DNA of 46,219 nt from Escherichia phage Rtp: the sequence record NC_007603.1. One strand, 5' to 3'. Under the pieces are notes generated by a model. It had not been told where the DNA came from. It searched no databases and was given only the letters and a program-made list of their open reading frames with translations. Shown piece by piece: positions 44,203-46,219 of the stretch. Made by a program: the position numbers and the translations under genes. The number at the start of each line of letters is the position of its first letter. Positions within the stretch are counted from its first letter, which is position 1.

Positions 44203-44552
44203 TTGTATTGAGCCTCAAATAAGTAAGTCTGGCAAAGCGTGTAGAAACCAACGTCCTCACTTCGGTAAAGCTGCCATGCATTACCATCCTCATCGTAAAT
44301 GTAACCGGCATTTTGTCCCAGCCCTGCATGAAGTGACACCTGATAGCGCTCCCCTTCTTTAAAGTCTTTTTTAACCCCTGACTTGTGATTAACCTTAGTT
44401 ACATAAAGCGTTTTGGTCTTAATGTACTTGCCGCGCTCTTCCAGGTTAATCCATTTGCCATCTTTCTTGATTTGCTCTACACCATCTTTAACGCGAGCTT
44501 TGTAGAGTACGTTTTCGCTGCTAATCCAGTTTTTAGTCAGTGTAGTAGTCAT
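44199..44552 (-). CDS. hypothetical protein (117 aa)
   Basis: ORF track 44199..44576 trimmed to ATG 44552, which overlaps the TAA of the upstream small ORF (TAATG). Confidence 0.5.
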   Translation of the reverse strand: MTTTLTKNWISSENVLYKARVKDGVEQIKKDGKWINLEERGKYIKTKTLYVTKVNHKSGVKKDFKEGERYQVSLHAGLGQNAGYIYDEDGNAWQLYRSEDVGFYTLCQTYLFEAQYK

Positions 44553-44713
44553 TATTTCGCTCTCTTCGTTGTCCACATGAATTTGTTTGGTACTGATTTG
44601 CGCACTATTCGTACAACAATCTTATCAGTCTTCTGAACTAAACCGTAAATCTTTCCATCAAGGGAGGCTCGGTAAACGGCCTCCTCCATTGCGTCATGAA
44701 AGTTGTCGAACAT
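44552..44713 (-). CDS. small ORF (53 aa)
   Basis: ATG at 44713 overlaps the upstream stop (TAATG); translational coupling chain; not in the ORF track. Confidence 0.35.
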   Translation of the reverse strand: MFDNFHDAMEEAVYRASLDGKIYGLVQKTDKIVVRIVRKSVPNKFMWTTKRAK

Positions 44714-44886
44714 TAGTGAGCCTTGTAGTTGGTAGAGAATTTAGCACCTTCGAATTTTGAAGGGCGGCGGTTAGCGTTAATTGCTTCGTAAGTTTTTTTA
44801 GTGTCGCGAGCATCAATCACTTCAACAACCATCATGGCAACCATCGGGAAAACTACTGCGATAACCATCAGAGTTAAAATAATCAT
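44713..44886 (-). CDS. small membrane protein (57 aa)
   Basis: ORF track 44713..44934 trimmed to ATG 44886 (the upstream part is the translated cassette leader); hydrophobic segment IILTLMVIAVVFPMVAMMVV. Confidence 0.45.
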   Translation of the reverse strand: MIILTLMVIAVVFPMVAMMVVEVIDARDTKKTYEAINANRRPSKFEGAKFSTNYKAH

Positions 44887-44922
44887 TTTCTTTACCTTTC
44901 GTTGTTTCGTTTCGATGGAAAG

Positions 44923-44966
44923 ATAATACCGCATCCTTGCGATTCTGTTTTAGCAATTCGTGCTAT
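44923..44966 (-). promoter_or_regulatory. palindrome-promoter cassette (minus strand)
   Basis: Minus-strand TAGCACGAATTGCTAAA; 22-bp spacer; TATTAT; leader TTTCCATCGAAACGAAACAACG. Confidence 0.5.
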
Positions 44967-45110
44967 TTCGTGCCTTTTCTATCGCCTTGAGCATAATTTC
45001 ATGACTCTCAAGCAAGTCTTCGCGAAACCAGTCGCCGCAGGGCCAACCCTTTCCGCTGTATGCGCTAATAACTGCCAGATCGAAATAATTTATCTCAGAT
45101 GGTAGAAGCA

Positions 45111-45350
45111 TCATTTCACCTCGTCAAAAGTTGCAACCCCAGGAATAAACATCCCAACCTTCCAACCCGCAATGGCAATCCATCCAGAATCGTGCTTGTG
45201 TGGTCGCTCAGCGCCATTAATCACCCATTCGTTCGGGATTATCTTCCCGTTAATGATTAGCGGCTCAGCGTCGTATACAGAGCCTTTAACGAATGGCGTT
45301 AATACTTTCTTGTCGGTACTTGTAATGCAATTGGTGCAGCGAATTTTCAT
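45111..45350 (-). CDS. hypothetical protein (about 79 aa; start uncertain)
   Basis: ORF track 45111..45446 trimmed to internal ATG 45350 because the upstream part overlaps a better-supported small ORF. Confidence 0.35.
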   Translation of the reverse strand: MKIRCTNCITSTDKKVLTPFVKGSVYDAEPLIINGKIIPNEWVINGAERPHKHDSGWIAIAGWKVGMFIPGVATFDEVK

Positions 45351-45360
45351 ATCTAAATAC

Positions 45361-45537
45361 TCAAATAAATGGTAGGCATTCAGTGCAGCCAAGGCCATCG
45401 CAGCACAGGAATTCATCCTCTGACTGGAATTGTTTCGCCAGATCAATGTCTAACTTTCCGCGCACCACAAGGTCAGTGTAATCTTCATTAAGCCCAATCA
45501 GTGCGCATTCGCTTCGTAATTCGTCTTTCTTATTCAT
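45361..45537 (-). CDS. small Cys-rich ORF (58 aa, CCDGLGCTEC)
   Basis: ATG with GAGGTGGG SD immediately after the upstream gene stop; not in the ORF track. Confidence 0.35.
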   Translation of the reverse strand: MNKKDELRSECALIGLNEDYTDLVVRGKLDIDLAKQFQSEDEFLCCDGLGCTECLPFI

Positions 45538-45545
45538 TTCCCACC

Positions 45546-45749
45546 TCAGAAGTTACCAAGAACCAAAGACATTTGCTTGCGAGTCTTGCACTCAGACAGC
45601 TTACCGAATAAAGTCTTGGCCTCAATATCATTAGCCTGTTTTGCATAGAATGCGCAGTCACAGGCAATATCTTTAACAGCGCGGCGAGCTACCTGAATCT
45701 GCATTGCGATTTCGTTTAAAGTGTTCTTGATTGCGATATCCATCTTCAT
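45546..45749 (-). CDS. hypothetical protein (67 aa)
   Basis: ORF track; first gene downstream of the leftward promoter cassettes at the window end. Confidence 0.5.
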   Translation of the reverse strand: MKMDIAIKNTLNEIAMQIQVARRAVKDIACDCAFYAKQANDIEAKTLFGKLSECKTRKQMSLVLGNF

Positions 45750-45875
45750 TCCCTCATCTCGTTTAACTTAGTGTTTTTAGAGGTTCGCTTTGATGCCATC
45801 GCTGCTTGAGTGGTTATCCTGTTCCTTCAGGAGGCCGTTCGGCTCTTTACTTCCCACCCCGTTCTCTATGTACTA

Positions 45876-45918
45876 ACTATACTTCTTTTCTTCACTGCCG
45901 TTTTAACAAAAAGTGCTA
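45876..45918 (-). promoter_or_regulatory. palindrome-promoter cassette (minus strand)
   Basis: Minus-strand TAGCACTTTTTGTTAAAA; 22-bp spacer; TATAGT. Confidence 0.45.
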
Positions 45919-46117
45919 TTTACTAACTTTCTACTTCATTTACTTCTTTCGAGGAACCCGGTCAGACTTTGCTGCCGGAGAAGGTGTCTGGGAGTTTACC
46001 TATTCGGAAGTGACTCAACGTGCCCTTTCTCAACACTTGCCGGCATTTTTCATCCGGACGATTCGACCTCTGGGAGGCAGCTACTTGGCGTTCGCTTCAC
46101 TGCTTCCTTGAGATACA

Positions 46118-46159
46118 TATTACCAGTTTCTCGATTTATGTCTTTAGCAAAAAGTGCTA
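46118..46159 (-). promoter_or_regulatory. palindrome-promoter cassette (minus strand), second tandem copy
   Basis: Minus-strand TAGCACTTTTTGCTAA, about 20-bp spacer, TAATAT. Confidence 0.4.
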
Positions 46160-46219
46160 TTCGTTGGATTTATGGATTGTTGAAGATATTGCAATGATTC
46201 ACATGATTATTGCACGTAT

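Noticed and set aside
45806-46197. Plus-strand ORFs 45806..46111 and 45913..46197
   Set aside because: No SDs; the region carries two minus-strand promoter cassettes and reads as leftward non-coding leader DNA.

Overview
This window reads as a near-complete genome of a virulent, T1-like siphovirus (Drexlerviridae-type organisation) infecting an enterobacterial host; the assignment rests on gene content and order recalled from memory, since no database search could be run. Plus strand, left to right: an early region of small genes (546-5400) driven by a reiterated promoter cassette, a tRNA-Arg(UCU), then terminase small subunit / HNH-AP2 endonuclease / terminase large subunit, portal, head morphogenesis protein, scaffold, major capsid, head-tail proteins, major tail, tail chaperones with a -1 frameshift site, tape measure, lambda-like M/L/K/I/J tail tip genes (with a second HNH-AP2 endonuclease between L and K). 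A convergent minus-strand pair (lipoprotein plus putative receptor-binding protein) follows J. Next come a recombination module (PD-(D/E)XK exonuclease, Erf, SSB), a minus-strand block (beta-helix tailspike, primase, HTH protein), then helicase, VRR-NUC nuclease, metallophosphoesterase, a lysis cassette (pinholin-like holin, SAR endolysin, u-spanin-like lipoprotein) and a leftward block of small genes plus a P-loop protein. No integrase, repressor or CRISPR array was seen. The most striking non-coding signal is an ~18-copy cassette: the palindrome TAGCA-N5-TGCTA (often sharing its TAG with the upstream stop codon), 22 bp, a -10-like hexamer and a conserved leader CCATCGAAACGAAAC. Two homologous AT-rich control regions (about 160-430 and 28000-28310) share an ~80-bp repeat and CCGCGG palindromes. 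All functional calls are motif- and synteny-based and should be treated as hypotheses.
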